Shown: positions 23,926 to 38,083, counted from the stretch's first letter. The stretch is DNA of 64,000 bases from Lingula anatina (GCA_051362555.1 CM120644.1:24264534-24328533), one strand, 5' to 3'. Numbers and translations: made by a program. Notes: generated by a model from the letters alone, not told the origin.

Positions 23926-25292
23926 GATATGGTTCGACAGCTAAGCAACGCAGCTTACTATGGGATTCTTGCTCTCAGAGAAAATGGCCAGAAACGGACA
24001 GCCATTGCCAGGTAATTCAACATTTATCAGGAACCGTTTGTGATGTCCTCCAAAGAAATGCTGCAACAGGGACACCTACTCCAATACCTCGACCAGGGTA
24101 TCCGTGTATCACACCAAGAAGACAGGATCGCCATCTCATTAGAGGACGCCGTGCTGGTCGTACAAAGACAACCAGTGTCCTCAGAAAAGAGAGGCAGAAT
24201 GTCATTCAAACTCCCGTTTCAAGGTCCCACGTGAACAAGATATTTCTGCAAGCCGGTTATTTTGCACGAAGGCCAGTAGAGAAACCACTGTTAACAGCAG
24301 GTCATATACAGCGACGTCTGCAATGGGCTGGGGACCACGTGCGTTTGCAGGCAAAACACTGGAATCACGTCGTTTTCAGTGATGAGGCCAGATATGGATT
24401 TTTAGGGTTGATCATCGAATCCGTGTCCACCAACGTGTACGAGGAGCATAAAACAATGATTGTGTACTGCCTAGGGTGCAAGCAGGGGATGGTAACGTCT
24501 CTGTTTCAGGAGCATTTCATGTCGGTGCCCAGAACCAGTTGGTTTTTCTAGGAGGCAACCTCATCCAGGATTCCTACAGAGACATTATACAGCAAACAAT
24601 GCTTCGATTGGTAAGAGTCATCTTCAGGAACAACTTTGTGTACCGAGACGACTGCGCAACCCCACATCGAGGCCGCAGAATCACTGTTTTTCTTCAAAAC
24701 CAATGTGTTCAGCAACTGCCCTGGCCTGCAAACTCTCCAGATATGAACCCAATTGCAAATATGTGGGCGGATGTAACTCACAGAATTAATAGCTAGGCGC
24801 CTAGAAAACGCAGTAGATACTCCAGCGCAGTAGACTACTGCAATCATACTGCAAACCGCAGTAGACTACTGCAATCATACTGCAAACATTCTTCAAATCT
24901 GCTTCGATTTGGGAGCTAATTAGCATATTTGAAACATGCTTCTATCATGCTGCTAATCTACTGCATTAATGCTCCTCTCTGTACAAACCTATGTAGTTTT
25001 TGGAGTATAATTGCAGTAGGCTATACTGCATTTCTACTGCAAATATGCTCCACACCACTACTGCGTTAATGCTTTTTTGCTACTTCGTTACTACTGCATT
25101 TTCGTGCGGGGGGGGGGGGGGGGGGGGGTCCTCGGCCGGTAAATATATATAGTGATAAACTGCGATAGGCAAATATCACTGTGTGGAATGATATCCCCAC
25201 CAAAACTCTAAAAAACGTGTCACAGGGTATACATGCCATGTGGGATGAGGGCGCTGCAAGCGGCTGCTGGAGGTCATACCCGCAATTACTGA
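23926..25292 (+). pseudogene. Tc1 DD34E transposase pseudogene
   Basis: Motifs KPLLT..H..RRLQWA, WNHVVFSDEARY, FVYRDDCATPHR, WPANSPDMNPIANMW (catalytic E replaced by A) and C-terminal GGHTR; frameshifts and a MITE insertion. Confidence 0.88.
24798..25110. mobile_element. MITE inserted in the Tc1 transposase; partial inverted copy at 27065-27210
   Basis: Imperfect TIR GAAAACGCAGTAG / CTACTGCATTTTCGTGCGGG; internal GCAGTAG repeats; interrupts the transposase frame. Confidence 0.65.
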
Positions 25293-27394
25293 CTTTTCAT
25301 GATTTACTGTAGTGAGTTCTTTGTCTGTGTAAAATATCACTGTCCGGAGGCTATCATTTTCTTTAATATCTTATCTTAAAGTTTATACTGACATCAAACT
25401 GTTGATATGGTTTTCTGGGGGTGTTCCTTTCTTTTGAATGGCATCTTATGTAGATTTGATATTATTGACCAAAATATCTCACAACAGAAGACTGGATGTT
25501 ATTATCACTCAGTGACATACTTTTTTAATGATTCAAGCCAAAAAATTTCAATCAGCACTCAAAAATAACAAAGATAAAAAATATTCCATATTAAGTAGCA
25601 ACCCTGTATGTGCCGTCTGGTGATGCCAACGGCCGTCCAAATGACAACTGGACGGTGTGCTGGGAAGAGCCTTGCCTTGAGTATTTATTTAACTAGGGGC
25701 TTACTGACCAAAATTTTGGGTATTTATGAAGATAATGCCTGCTTGTATCGAGCTAAATTCTATACATAACGGTGCGGTACTGTTGTTCGATGTGGTTTGC
25801 TGCAGTTATCCAGAGTTGTTAGAAAATAATCTGAAGAGCAGACGATCGTTGTAGGATTATTACGCTTGAATCTTGCTATCCTCTTCGCCATATCCATGGT
25901 CAGCTTAATGATGAATCTTCATAAAGTTGAACTTATATATGGTATCATCCAAACTCAACCAAATGTTACAGAAGTAAAATGGTTTTTCAATAATGGCGAT
26001 CCTAATTTGCATATTTTGGAAAATTGAGTAAATCTAATTCTAACAGAAACATCTTAATAATGTTCCTCGACCCTGAAAATATAGGTAAAGACACTTCATT
26101 TGTAATATTTGCCTGTCTATTTCCAGAGATATTGCAGAAAATAGGAAATCTGGCGGCCATTTTGTTTTTTTTTTTTTTTTGCAAATAAGACCGTTAAAAC
26201 GCAAAATTTCGCTTGGGAACCGTGTAAATCGGATTCAGCATCCCAAAATTATGCCAATAAGCCTGGTTTCCAACTTTTACCCCAAAATGCCCCTACCATT
26301 CATCTTTTGTGGAAATCCCACTAGACTATTAGGACAAAGACCACCTGAGAGTTGAAGGGCACTTAACCCTCCAATTAAGAGGTAAAGGAAGTTCTAGTTA
26401 GATGGACGATTAAGATAGGACTTCTGAAGGTAGCTTGCATTGTTTATTTACCTCAATTCTGTGAAAGCAAACGAGTAGGGATGTCAGAACAATAGTGCGT
26501 ATGCAATTTATACAGAAGATTTGTAAATTCAGGCGACCCTTACTTGCGATCGAAGGGGATTTTCGGTTATATTCAGTGAAAAATACACTATATTTATAGA
26601 TAATAATATCATGATTAGCCCCCCAAAAATTGTACGCACAGTGCATTCGTGCGTATGCCTGGTTACGCCCATGAATGGTCACCGCCTCTGTTTGAAACGG
26701 GTTTTTCCAACATTCCTGTTATTAGAATTGAACACCACACCTGTCGTCCCAGTGTCGTTAGGACAGACGGTTGTACCTGACAAGGTGAGTGTTTTCATGC
26801 ATTGAAATGTTGAAATGAAGAAACGAGTTTCCACAAGTGATTATAGCGAGGCAAAATGCTCATCTCCTTTCTTCTCGATATTTCCTATCTGTTTTGAGTA
26901 GTCTTATTGGATTTGTTGGCGAAAGCTACGTACCTATATAGTACGTGTCACGTGATAAACCACCTTGAAATTATAGCTTAAATCAAACATTTATCCAAAT
27001 ACATTTTCTATAGACTTTTGCAAGATTCAGCAGACGATAGGTATGCACTCGATTATTGAATTTACCCGCACGAAAATGCAGTAGTATCGAAGTAGCAAAG
27101 AAGCATTAACGCAGTAGTGGTGTGGAGCATATTTGCAGCAGAAATGCAGCATAGCCTACTGCAATTCTACTTCAAAAATTACATAGGGTTGTACAGAGGA
27201 GGAGCATTAATTAATTATGTATGCTTACAGTGGGTAAAACGTGATGGGCAGATCTAGTGAGAAGAGGGCCGGGTCAGATGATTTTAAAGTTGAAAAGGGC
27301 ACATTTACCCATAACACTAAAGTGATGAATTGATACTATGAAGAAAACGTTTTTGTTTTTTTTTTTCACAAAATGTTGGCGTAATATCTTTGTA

Positions 27395-27449
<55 letters not shown>

Positions 27450-29062
27450 CAAGATCGAGCTGGCAAAACTAAAATCTAGAACCTAGGGTAGCTATGTCAA
27501 GCATGTGCAACGTGTGTAAGTCACTGTGTTATAATGGAGAAGTAGTACTCCGCAAGATTCGATTTCCTGCCTAAATATTCATCGCAATTTTGGTTTTCGT
27601 CGAAGCCGAATTCAGTGCGCCCGGTTGTGACCGAGGCTTTACGTCAGCATAGTGCTAACGTGCGGCTAACGTGAAAATCGATTTGCTGTCGGTGCAAACC
27701 CCACCCCCCTTACGTTTTAACCACCCATGTAGTCAAAATGAGGTAACACGTAACTTCAACTCCATGCACTTGGATAAAAGTAAGGTTAAGACATATTGCT
27801 ATCTAAGTACCCTATATAAACACAACGGGGAAGGAAAATGGACCAAATAATGTTCAACCATTCATTACCACGATCGATCACCACAAATACGACCTAGTAG
27901 CCCACGGTTTCAAATAAAATGTCAAAAATTTTCGTTCGACCAAAAAGTATTTTATACGAGGTGAATCTGTGTCTGTACATAAACACTCAACTTCAAATCC
28001 ATCCATTCATGTGAAGAAAACTAAGGTTTGGAGATCTTGCTATATTGATGCGCTTATAAACAACACGGGGAGTAACAGGGAACAAATAATGTATAACTAT
28101 GCATTATAATGAACGATCACCCCAAATCCAACAATGACCGAACAAGGTGTGCACAATGCCATCTAAAACTTAGAGGTCCGCGGTTTCAAATAAAATTTCA
28201 AAAGTTTTCGTTAAACAAAGTCGTGAAATGTACGGTCGAATGTTCGAATGTACATGGTCTCCGTGGATCCGAACGTTTTCGTACTCCCACGCCTGCCTCA
28301 ATGCCTCAAATACGAAGCGGGACACACGAACAGTATACGAGCACCGTATGTGGATATCACTGGACTCCTGTACTTGGTAATTTAAGCTTTAGAAAAAAAA
28401 GAGGGGGTCAGGGACACTACTGTTTTACTGAGTATAGTTTCTGTTTTCAGACAGAGCGTCATGATAACAAAACAGTTGTTAGAAGGGAGTTTTTGTGAGG
28501 ATGTATACGGTTATCGATTTTGAAAAGGTTTATATAAACATTATTATGCACCGCACGTAAATCCTACATACCGTCTACGTGTTATGTATTGTGCAAGGTA
28601 AACACCGGAATACAGAGTATTCAGTAACAACAACCTGTAGGTCTATTGGTTTAAGATACTCATTCCATTTAAAATGTGTATGACACCACTGGCTTTGGGT
28701 GTAAATAAGACAATTGGTTATAAAATGTGAAACGATGACTCACGGGTTTTAAAATTATAATGTCAATAGAAAGAAGTTGCCTGGGTGATATCAGCCTCAC
28801 GGTATGGACGCCCTTGGTTAACTTTATGTACGGTGCCTTGATATTTCACCCACAAGGTCAGGGTAGATTGGTTTGTCACCGAGCCCTCTTTGTCTCAGTA
28901 CAGATGCCGTACATCCTCCGTGCGACTTCCAAGAAGATCGATAACTTATTATTTCTTGAAGTTGACCTGACAATAGCAGCTAGCATACCATACAGAATCT
29001 TGAGCCTGGTGACATATGTTGACACATGATTCAGCTCCCATTGTGTATTGACTGGTGACATA

Positions 29063-29250
29063 GACCCCATTCCGACAGATTTTAGATCGATCTATCCCCG
29101 TGGGGAGTCTCAGTAGATTACTGTTAGCTTACCGGCTTAAATGTCTGTCCCGCCTACTAAAAGCTGTAAGGTAATTAACTTCCGTGCGCGGTCGGCTGAC
29201 AGCAATTTAGCATGAAAGTTGGATCGATCTAAATATCTGGGAATGCGCTC
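29063..29250. mobile_element. Unclassified MITE, 3-bp ATA flanks
   Basis: Inverted repeat CATTCC..AGAT.TTTAGATCGATC / GATCGATCTAAATATCTGGGAATG. Confidence 0.6.
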
Positions 29251-29572
29251 ATAGTATTATTGTGTTAACTCTTAAGCTTAGGTTATAGGAATAGAGCTAT
29301 GAATGTATTTATTATGTATTTATATTATATGTATTGTGTATTCATAATTTATTTCTGTATGTAAAGCCTTGATTGTATATGTCTTCTGTGTCTATACAGA
29401 TTGTAATGTATTGTTGGCTAAAGGCCTTAAACTACAAAGAATAAATAAATCATCATCATCATCATCATCATCACTCAGACATTTACAATATATGTCAACA
29501 ACGTAATGTTGATAAACTAATAGGAAAAGACTTGTTAACACAAAGTTTATGATTTAATTAATAATTATTTTA

Positions 29573-30525
29573 GGCCACACTTTTTTATTTTTATGGATGA
29601 CATCCTGCGCGCGCACCGATTTTTGCCCGTTCTCCGAAAAAAAAAAAAAAAAATCCCCCCCCCCCCCCAGCCCCCAACGAAGTCGGTTGTTGCAAACGTC
29701 GTTACTGAATTTGCCAGGAAATGAGCTTTCTGCGCATGCGTATTATCGCCACGTGGAAATGTGGCCGCTTTGCCGTCAAATTCATCTCTAGGATTACTTT
29801 CAAATTACACGACAATTAAAGTTATAAAGAGAACGGGTGCCGTCGTTTTGGATTGGTATGCCATTGATATTGGGCATGGAGATATCATCTTTTTACAATT
29901 CTGCGAAAGGCTGGCGACCGCCAGCGATTATGGTCCGAAAAATTTCAGTGACATTCTGAATAAAGCAGCACATAGGCTACCAGGTTTTCTGTAGCAAAAA
30001 AAGGGTCGACAAGGGCGTCGAGGTATTTGGTGGGCTGAAGGTCAGACAGGCCACCTGACAGTTTGGCCGTGCGAGTCGAAGTAGACAAAATCGTCCGAAA
30101 TGACCTTTAATAGATTTGGTATCTTTGCATCATTTTTTAAACATTTCTGTGAAGTGTTCAAAATGCTTTAATATTCTGAGAATACAAATAAAGACACACT
30201 GTATACAAATAAAGACACACTATACCAACAAAATGCATGAAATAACCTTAATAGATTTTGTAATAAGAAGTATATCTATTCATGACTTTTTTTTACATTT
30301 CTACGAAGTATTCACAATGCTTTACTATTTTGAGAGCATGGATAAAGACATATTGTTAGTTTGATACGTGTTTCTGTGGTAAAATTTGTGTTTCCAGCTG
30401 TGTACTGACAGCATTCCTTTACTTAAGCAGTATTTTTTTTTTTGGACTGTTTTTTTTTTCCGCCCTCTCGCACCGATTTTGGGGTACCCAGAGGATGTCA
30501 TCCATAAAAATAAAAAAGTGTGGCC
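29573..30525. mobile_element. Zator-like MITE
   Basis: TTA|GGCCACACTTTTTTATTTTTATGGATGACATCC ... GGATGTCATCCATAAAAATAAAAAAGTGTGGCC|TTA. Confidence 0.85.
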
Positions 30526-31082
30526 TTACTATCAAAACCCTTCTGGGAAACATACACAGATAGAAAATATCAGTCTGCCATATTGTCTTATCGAAAATGT
30601 TAGCCGTTTCCCGACACTAAGGCAGGTTGGTCGGCCATAAACATATACGGTAATTCTTCGATCTTTTCGATGGGGTAAAATAATTGTTCTGGCGAAAAAT
30701 CCATTTTTATCGAGTACATCGAAATACGACATCGTCCAGTGACCCGTCGCTTCGAAAATAGCAAGTCAAAATCCAAGTTTTTTGGTATGTGTTGTTACAC
30801 TTACCAAACGATGTCTGTGCGGTGCTGACATAATACCCGTGAACCCCTTTTCGTGCGGCATAACAGAAGTGAAGATTTTCACAACTTAATGTAATCCACT
30901 GTTTGGATTTTAGGTTGTGTTTCCGTATGTTGACCACGTACGTGCAAAATATCGTAGGGGGCTTTCCGAACGCGTATCGATCTTCAAGGAGGCCGCATGG
31001 AGAGCGTACGGAAACCGTACTAAGAATGAGCGGGCTCCGTATGAACAATTTTAAACCAACAAACCAAATGTTCGCAACCTTA

Positions 31083-32888
31083 AGCCTCGGTCACAACCGG
31101 CCGTACGGGCTCTTACGAGCTGTTTGCGTCCAAATTTTGCGCATAATCTCACGTCCCACGCAAGTCCTTCTTACGCAATTTCAAGTTCGCAGAGAGCCCG
31201 TAAGCACGTACGGAGGATGTTGGACATCTCCAAAGGATTCTACGAATAGCCTGAGAACAGCGAGGCCGCAAGCGTAACTTGCTCCCCTCGCCCGGTTTTA
31301 GTAAGAGAGACGTGCGTTGTGCAAGACGCACGTCGCAAGCAGTGAAGGAGCAAGTGCTCTTTGCGTGTTGAGTAAGGCGCACGCCCTCACAACTAACAAA
31401 CAAAGTTGAGAGCACATTATTGAATCTAACTCTGTACCCAAGTAGTAACTATACTGTGCCAAGTCAGGTACTGATGATGTGCAGAGGTCTTATATTCCAG
31501 AATAAGCCATTACCACTAATTTATAACTTTAATTTTGTTTAATATGTTATTCATGAAAGAGTTCATGAAAGATTAATTTAATTTGTTAAATCGTGATCTT
31601 ATTATTTTTATATTCAAATAATTGAATAATGTGGGTAAAATTGGTCTTCCACTTCTTATTTACATTTTTCCTTTACTACAAGATTATTTTGGAACAGTTG
31701 CAGCATTAAAATTTAAAATAAAGAGCAATCTGAAAAAAATAATTTTGCGCTATTATTAAATGATGATGATAGGAATTTCGGATTAAGAGATTAGTTAAAT
31801 ACTGAGTAGTGATATTGTCAGTAAATTTATGTAGAATCTGATAATATGATTTAAAATACGGATTGAATTCTTGGCCTTGCACTGGGCAGTTTCACACTTG
31901 TGCCAAGTGCTTTTTTGGACTCCATTGTACAGTGGTAAAAGTTCTTCAATTGCCATGACAGTTTTTAATCAGACTCTGTATGGTGCTGCTATCTGCTGGT
32001 GCTGTCGGCAACGAATTAGTTTGCCTTTGTTTCTGAGTGAATCTACCGTCTAAACTCACTATTTTTGAAAATATGTGCGTTTTGCTGAGGGTATAGGCTA
32101 GGCAATACACGGCAAACTTCTTAGTACGTGTGTAAAACAGAAATTTTTAAAAAACCCTAGCGATTTTTGGTCAGGAGTTGCTTGAAGCATAGCACAGCGT
32201 TGCTGTCTATCGGCATCAGACCGTAAGTTTGTCAATTATCACGAATTACCCACGAATCGCGAACCCATTCATTTTCCTATGGCAATCTAGCAACTCATTA
32301 AAAGTGCACGCATGCGCAGTGGGCTAAGCGTGACGTCATGCAGTGCATTTCTGGGGATGATAAAAGGCGTGCTCACGAAGCACGCTCGTGTCTTTACAAT
32401 GATCGTCGACTGTGTAATTTTTGCTCAATTCAGTTTCTAATAAGCCTCCAAAAGGCAAGAGAAAGAAGCTTACATAGTAGAAAAAGGGAGGAGGAAGAAA
32501 GAAGAGGAAAAGAGGAAGCAAAATTGATGTACGCCGTCAGTACCTGAGGTAATTAAGTGTGAAGCAAAACTGAGGCAAAAGGGACTACTTTCGCCGTGCG
32601 TTGCATTGTAAGTGGTTAGTGTGTGCCACGTACACAGGAAGCAAGACAAACTCAAGAAATGAGTACAAATTCCACGGCCATCACTCCTTGCAATTAGCGC
32701 CCCTGCTTGAAAGGACATCTGATGTGGCACCTGCAACTCGCAAGGCAGACTTTCCTCTACCTCTACGACCTCCACGGCCTCCGCAACACCCACCCTAAAG
32801 CCTCGGTCACAACCGGATGCAAGAATTTCAGGATCGTACTTCCCCTGCGATTTCTGAGTGTTGCGGAGGCCGTGGAGGTCGTAGAGGT
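31083..32888 (+). mobile_element. PIF/Harbinger-like non-autonomous element, copy A (interrupted at ~31415-32380)
   Basis: Terminus AGCCTCGGTCACAACCGG after TTA; colinear with 35816-37114; an orphan right-end TIR lies at 27621-27638. Confidence 0.7.
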
Positions 32889-33059
32889 GTTTTCTTTTAC
32901 CTCATCAATAATGAAAACCCATTTTTCGAACAAACAAATTGTGGATATAGAATACATTAAAAAATATATTTTATGAAAAAATTCAAATTAGATGGAAAGA
33001 AAACATTTTGAAATTTCCCGAACTCCGAACATATATGACATAAAAAAAAAAAAAAAAGA

Positions 33060-33300
33060 ATTGAAAACTGAAAAATATTTACACCTAGATTTAAATAGAA
33101 AACAAAAATCAATTTTTACTCACTTTCGGATGGGCATTCTGCCTCTGCATGTAGAAACTGGACGATATACAAGTACACCTTCAAATGAAAGAAAATGCTA
33201 ATTATGTAAAAAAGAATTAGAAGATGAGAGTGATTTCTTACTTCGGTGCACTGTTTACACAGAGGAAAGATATAACTTTTTGGCAAAGTTGGCAATCCAA
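33060..33300 (+). pseudogene. 3' fragment of non-LTR retrotransposon ORF2 (Cys-rich tail)
   Basis: IFTHFRMGILPLHVETGRY...ERKC*LC...EDE.DFLLRC. Confidence 0.75.
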
Positions 33301-33437
33301 AAAATGATACCTCTACAGAAGATTTGATGGAAAAAAATTTGAGGCAGCTAATATATGTATATTTATTAAGATTTTTGATAAAAGACAGGAACAATTGTAC
33401 CCAACTGGGCCCAGCATGGATAGAGACGTAAAAATCA

Positions 33438-33592
33438 ACCAGTGCCCCGTATCTCAAAAGCATCGCGTATTGCGAATCGCTATATCAAATAGAGGAGACA
33501 ATGTATTACATGGGACGAGTATGGGCGAGTTATGGAATCGAGACGCTTGCGCACGTGCGCAACATAGTGAAGCTTTCGAGATACGGGGCCTA
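33438..33592. mobile_element. Harbinger-like palindromic MITE; related copy at 34826-34987
   Basis: GCCCCGTATCTCAAAAG ... CTTTCGAGATACGGGGC; shared GCACGTGCGCAA core. Confidence 0.6.
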
Positions 33593-34420
33593 GGTCCCGT
33601 GGTGCATGAATACGGAATTTCAACCAAACCAAAAATGAATGATAAATATTTTCTGATAGCAGCATTTTAGCTACAGCTGGCATCTGTCTCCTCAATGTTT
33701 GTTCAGATATTAAGCCTTTGTTAGAGGTCGACACTCGATGTTATAATTCGCAATAACGAACATCTGTGCACCAGCTCATCATTTGCAGTTGAAGTCGAGA
33801 TGCTATACACATGCAGGATATTGCTGAAAGTCATCAAACTTTGATAACTGAAGAGTTTGCAGATAACAGAGTTACTTGCTGCAATGGCAATGATAACTTA
33901 TATTTAGTGATAAAAGCAATCGCATTTGTAAATAATTAGCTCTATTCCCAGATGACTACATGACACTAAAATATTTTTAGGACTCATAACGTCAGCAACA
34001 TCACCTGACATTTGAGAGACGCCATTTGTTACTCCATCAGAGGGAAGTCTTAACAGAGCTCAACGAATGTCATATTGAAGACTTAAAATGTGGAAAAACC
34101 TGACAAAACGTCTTTGTGCAAGAACTCACTGAGTATGGAAACCCAAGGACGTTACTTTATCTGCTGATTGTAGAAGACTTCCTGGGTGAACTTCTTTGAA
34201 GAAATACCAGAAAAAGACCACCCAAATTATCAAATGTTTATGTTTTAGAGGTACAGTTTGCTTCCTATGTGCTAATTGGTCCCTTTTTTCCAGCTGTTTC
34301 AACCAATTATTAGATTGAAAAATAGATGCTTTTTTCCTCATCCTCTTCTCTCTCTCCTTTACCTCTGTCTCTTCTCTCTGTCTCTCTCTCATTCCTCATT
34401 TCCTCTTCTCCTCACTCCCC

Positions 34421-34454
<34 letters not shown>

Positions 34455-34637
34455 ATTTATTAAAGGTACAGCATGGTTCTTATTCCTATCTACTATCACA
34501 AAGCCTTCTTCCCTTCTCTGTCAACATATATATTTTAACGACAATTTTTATAAAATATTCATAAAATCTATTGAGATATATCAAGTGTCAAGTGTTTTTT
34601 CTATGTATTTTATTATTATTATCATTATTATTTAATT

Positions 34638-34682
<45 letters not shown>

Positions 34683-35815
34683 TTTATTTATTATTATTTT
34701 TTTTTAGATTAAAAAAAGACAAAACTAATTAGACTTAAAGCTGACAAGTAGCTTACACCTACATGAATTATATTTCCTGACTGATATCACATGTCCCCTG
34801 TTAGTACAGCCTTGACTTTGGTCCTGGGCTCCGCATCTCGAAAGGTTCGCTATGTTGCGCACGTGTGCAAGTGTCTCGATTCCATAACCGATTCTATTTC
34901 GAAATACGGGGCCATAGAATCGAGACACTTTGGCACGTGCGCAAGCGTCTCGATTCCATGGCGAGCCTTTCGAGATACGGATCCCTGGTTATTGACAACA
35001 TCACCTGATTTTGCTGCGTGACAATAGATAACTTATCAAACGATATGTCACTGTGTACAACTGCACTGATAGCAGAAGTAGAGTGAGGCAGTCAGTGAGG
35101 GTGGGAGGGGGGCGTTTTACCCACTTAGGTGTTAAAATCAGCCAGTTCCCGTCGTACATGTATATGGGATTTCAACCAAACCAAAAATAAATGACAAAAA
35201 TGTTCTGATAGCAGCATTTTAGCTACAGTTCCCATATATCTCTTCCTTTACTCTTCTTTGAATATAGACATTTAAGCCAACACTGCTGAAGCATACAGTC
35301 TGCAGCCCGACGACGTATCTAAAAGTATGTGTAAATATTACACGTTTGTTAAAGCGGTATACAGTATGTCGTGCACAAGGTAATGAATCATATTTTTAGT
35401 TACGAGTAATGGTATTAAAGCACATTTATCTACCGTGCAAGTCTAAAGATCACCTCAATGAGGTCAGCAGACAAATCACCGTGATATCAAAATATTGTAG
35501 ACACGCATACTTGGATCAACACGTCTGCCTGAACCGTTCATGAAATGTCGCAGTAAAAGGAAAGTATAAGATTTCAGATTGCCCTGGGTAAATACGACAA
35601 GATGGTCGATGTTAATCCCACCCAGCTTTACAAATAGTATGGTCAGCTTCACCAACGGAACGGCATTTCTTCATTCACTTCCTTCGATCTGCTTACTATA
35701 CCGGTAGTAATGCAAACACGACATTTAACAAATATGTATGATGGACACCCGTGTGTCACTATCAGGTTAATACATGTTTCGCTATTGACTTCCCCTCCAC
35801 CTTGATTCAATGTGA

Positions 35816-37114
35816 AGCCTCGGTCACAACCGGCCGTACGGGCTCTTACGGACTGTTTGCGTCCAAATTATGCTCAGAATCTCACGTCCCACTCATGTCC
35901 TTCTTACGCAATTTCGAGTAAGCACGTAAGCACGTATGGAGGATGTTGCACATGTCCAAAAGATTCTACGAATAGCCTGCAAACAGCGAGATAGCAAGAG
36001 AGACGCGCGTTGTGCAAGACGCACGTCGCAAGCAATGAAGGAGCAAGTGCCCTTTGCATGTTGAGTAAGGCGCACGCACTCACAACTAACGGACAAAGTC
36101 GAGAGCACACTGTGAATGCGTCGCACGTGCGTCACCCCACCGCCTGGTGTACGTTCGTGTCTTTACAATGAACGTCGACTGTGTAACGTGTACAACAGTA
36201 ATTAAATTTTTCAAATTTTTGCTCAGTTTAGTTTCTAATCTGCCTCCAAATGGCTAGAGAAAGAAGCTTATATATGTTATAGTGAGAAATGACGACAGCA
36301 GTTTGGAGCTTTCGAACGTTTATTCACCGACTCTTGCTTCATACAACTTCACAAATATTTGTACTCAATTCTCCGTACTGATCACGCATTTACTTGTTTT
36401 TTTTTCAATTGTCTTTGCGTGATTACCAAAAATATTGTCCATTCGCATGTTGCAAGTCACTATGCAACATTTCCTTATTAGGTAATCCCTAAGAGGCTTG
36501 TTTTCAATTAAAGATATCTAAAATATTATTTGAATTACTCATATTTGGACCTTATCCAAAACTCAGTTATATCATGTGATAAATAGATGATCAAAATTAT
36601 TATATGTTATGAAATTAACCAATCACATTAACTGTTACTGACTTTGACCTTTTCCATCTTTTTCTGACACTAAAAACATGTTCTACACTTGTTGACTCTT
36701 GGAGAGACTTACACTCAATAACTTTCTGTCCTTTTACTCTTTTAATTCCGCTTTAATTGTTATCTGTAATTAATGAAAGTGTAAGTAATTTGCTTTACAA
36801 CATATAGTAGTAAGAAAAAGGAGGAGGAAGAGGAAAGAAGAGGAGAACAGGAAGCAAAACTGATGCACGCCGTCACTTACAATTGGTAAGTGGTGAGTGT
36901 GTGCCACGTACACAGGAAGCAAGACAAACTCAAAAAAATGAGTACAATTTCCACGGCCATCGCTCCTTGCAATTAGCATCCCTGCTTGAAAGGACATCTC
37001 ATGTGGCCTTTGCGACTCGCAAGACAGAATTCCCTCTACCTCTACGACCTCCACGGCCTCTGCAACACCCAAAAATCGCAGGGGACGTACGATCCTGAAA
37101 TTCGTGCGTCCGGT
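35816..37114 (+). mobile_element. PIF/Harbinger-like element, copy B
   Basis: Same terminus and interior as copy A; truncated inside the right TIR (CCGGT) where satellite sequence begins. Confidence 0.7.
36275..36802 (-). mobile_element. Solo LTR (528 bp)
   Basis: TGTT...AACA termini; TATA TSD; absent from the homologous position of copy A; AATAAA on the minus strand ~45 nt from the end. Confidence 0.7.
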
Positions 37115-37512
37115 CTGTATTTCAATAACACTGATCACTCGTGTGAATTTCAAGACAATTGGCCAATCGATTTTCCTTAAAATGTGTTATAAGTGTACAT
37201 ATGCTGAAAAAAGTGAAAAAAACTGCAAACTTTTGTAAAATTAAGCCGATCATGTAGGTTTTTGAACTTGACCTGCGTATTATGAATAGTCATCAATTCT
37301 GTAAGTTTAAAGTAAAATGGTTTTTCACTCATCGTGTTTACGGTGTTGCATATATGCTAAAAAAATTGAAAAAAGCATTAATGCCATTAAAATAGCCCAA
37401 TCATGCAGATTTTCAAACCTGACCTGCGTATTATGAATATTCTTCAGTTCTGTATGTTTCAAGCCAAAAGGTAAAACAGTTTTTCGCTTATCGTGTTATC
37501 GGTGTTGCATAC
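37115..37512 (-). repeat. ~165-bp satellite units (HINE core repeat)
   Basis: Reverse complement of the units at 11500-12800 (e.g. GAACTTGACCTGCGTATTATGAATA). Confidence 0.85.
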
Positions 37513-38083
37513 AGTTGAATATTTAAATAGCTGTCACGGGGCCCAGCCTGTTTCCCTCAAACTGCTTAAATGCCAGAAAGAGAATTGAAACCTTTCAGTC
37601 AGTGTGTAGTAAACGCGTTTTCAAATGGACTCGCAATATCAGCCGTCTTCATGCATACAGCATTGCGCAAAAATGTTGGGTTTAGCTTAAACAATAGGTC
37701 CGGGTTTGGAGAACTGTCCGCGAACAGTTGGTCAATCAAATAGGAGATGCAATTGCCGCCTGGAAGAAGGGGAGACGGGTAGTACAGGGGGCTCCAAAAA
37801 GTTATTCAATTTTGTTGACTTGGCCATTAAACTTCGGGTACGAAGTTTAATCCGCTTATTGCCGCGTGTTGAGGCGGGGAGACCATCAGGGGATTAGTCG
37901 GCATTGCTTTTAAGTGGGTCAGCGATATTTGACCTGTGGATCTGTTAGTCCGCGGATCAACTTGTTCTGAATGCGATCATAATTATCCTTCAGTGTCCTT
38001 AAATGTTGGAAAAAGGAGGCAGAAGTGACGTCCAATGGAGACAGCTGCATGATCGAGATTGACAGTAAAATAGTGTACTGGTT

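Larger units (their letters stand above)
23610..25606 (+). mobile_element. Tc1-type DNA transposon (defective)
   Basis: TA|CAGGGTTACCACTAAATATGGAATATT ... AATATTCCATATTAAGTAGCAACCCTG|TA. Confidence 0.9.
21767..26673. mobile_element. hAT-like non-autonomous element hosting nested insertions
   Basis: Terminal inverted repeat (TIR) CAGGGGCGTAACCAG / CTGGTTACGCCCATG; 5-bp direct repeat AATGG on both sides; AAAATTGTACGCACAG present near both ends. Confidence 0.7.

Noticed and set aside
25690-26330. Probable additional repeat ending CACTAGACTA
   Set aside because: Paired termini and TSD could not be defined
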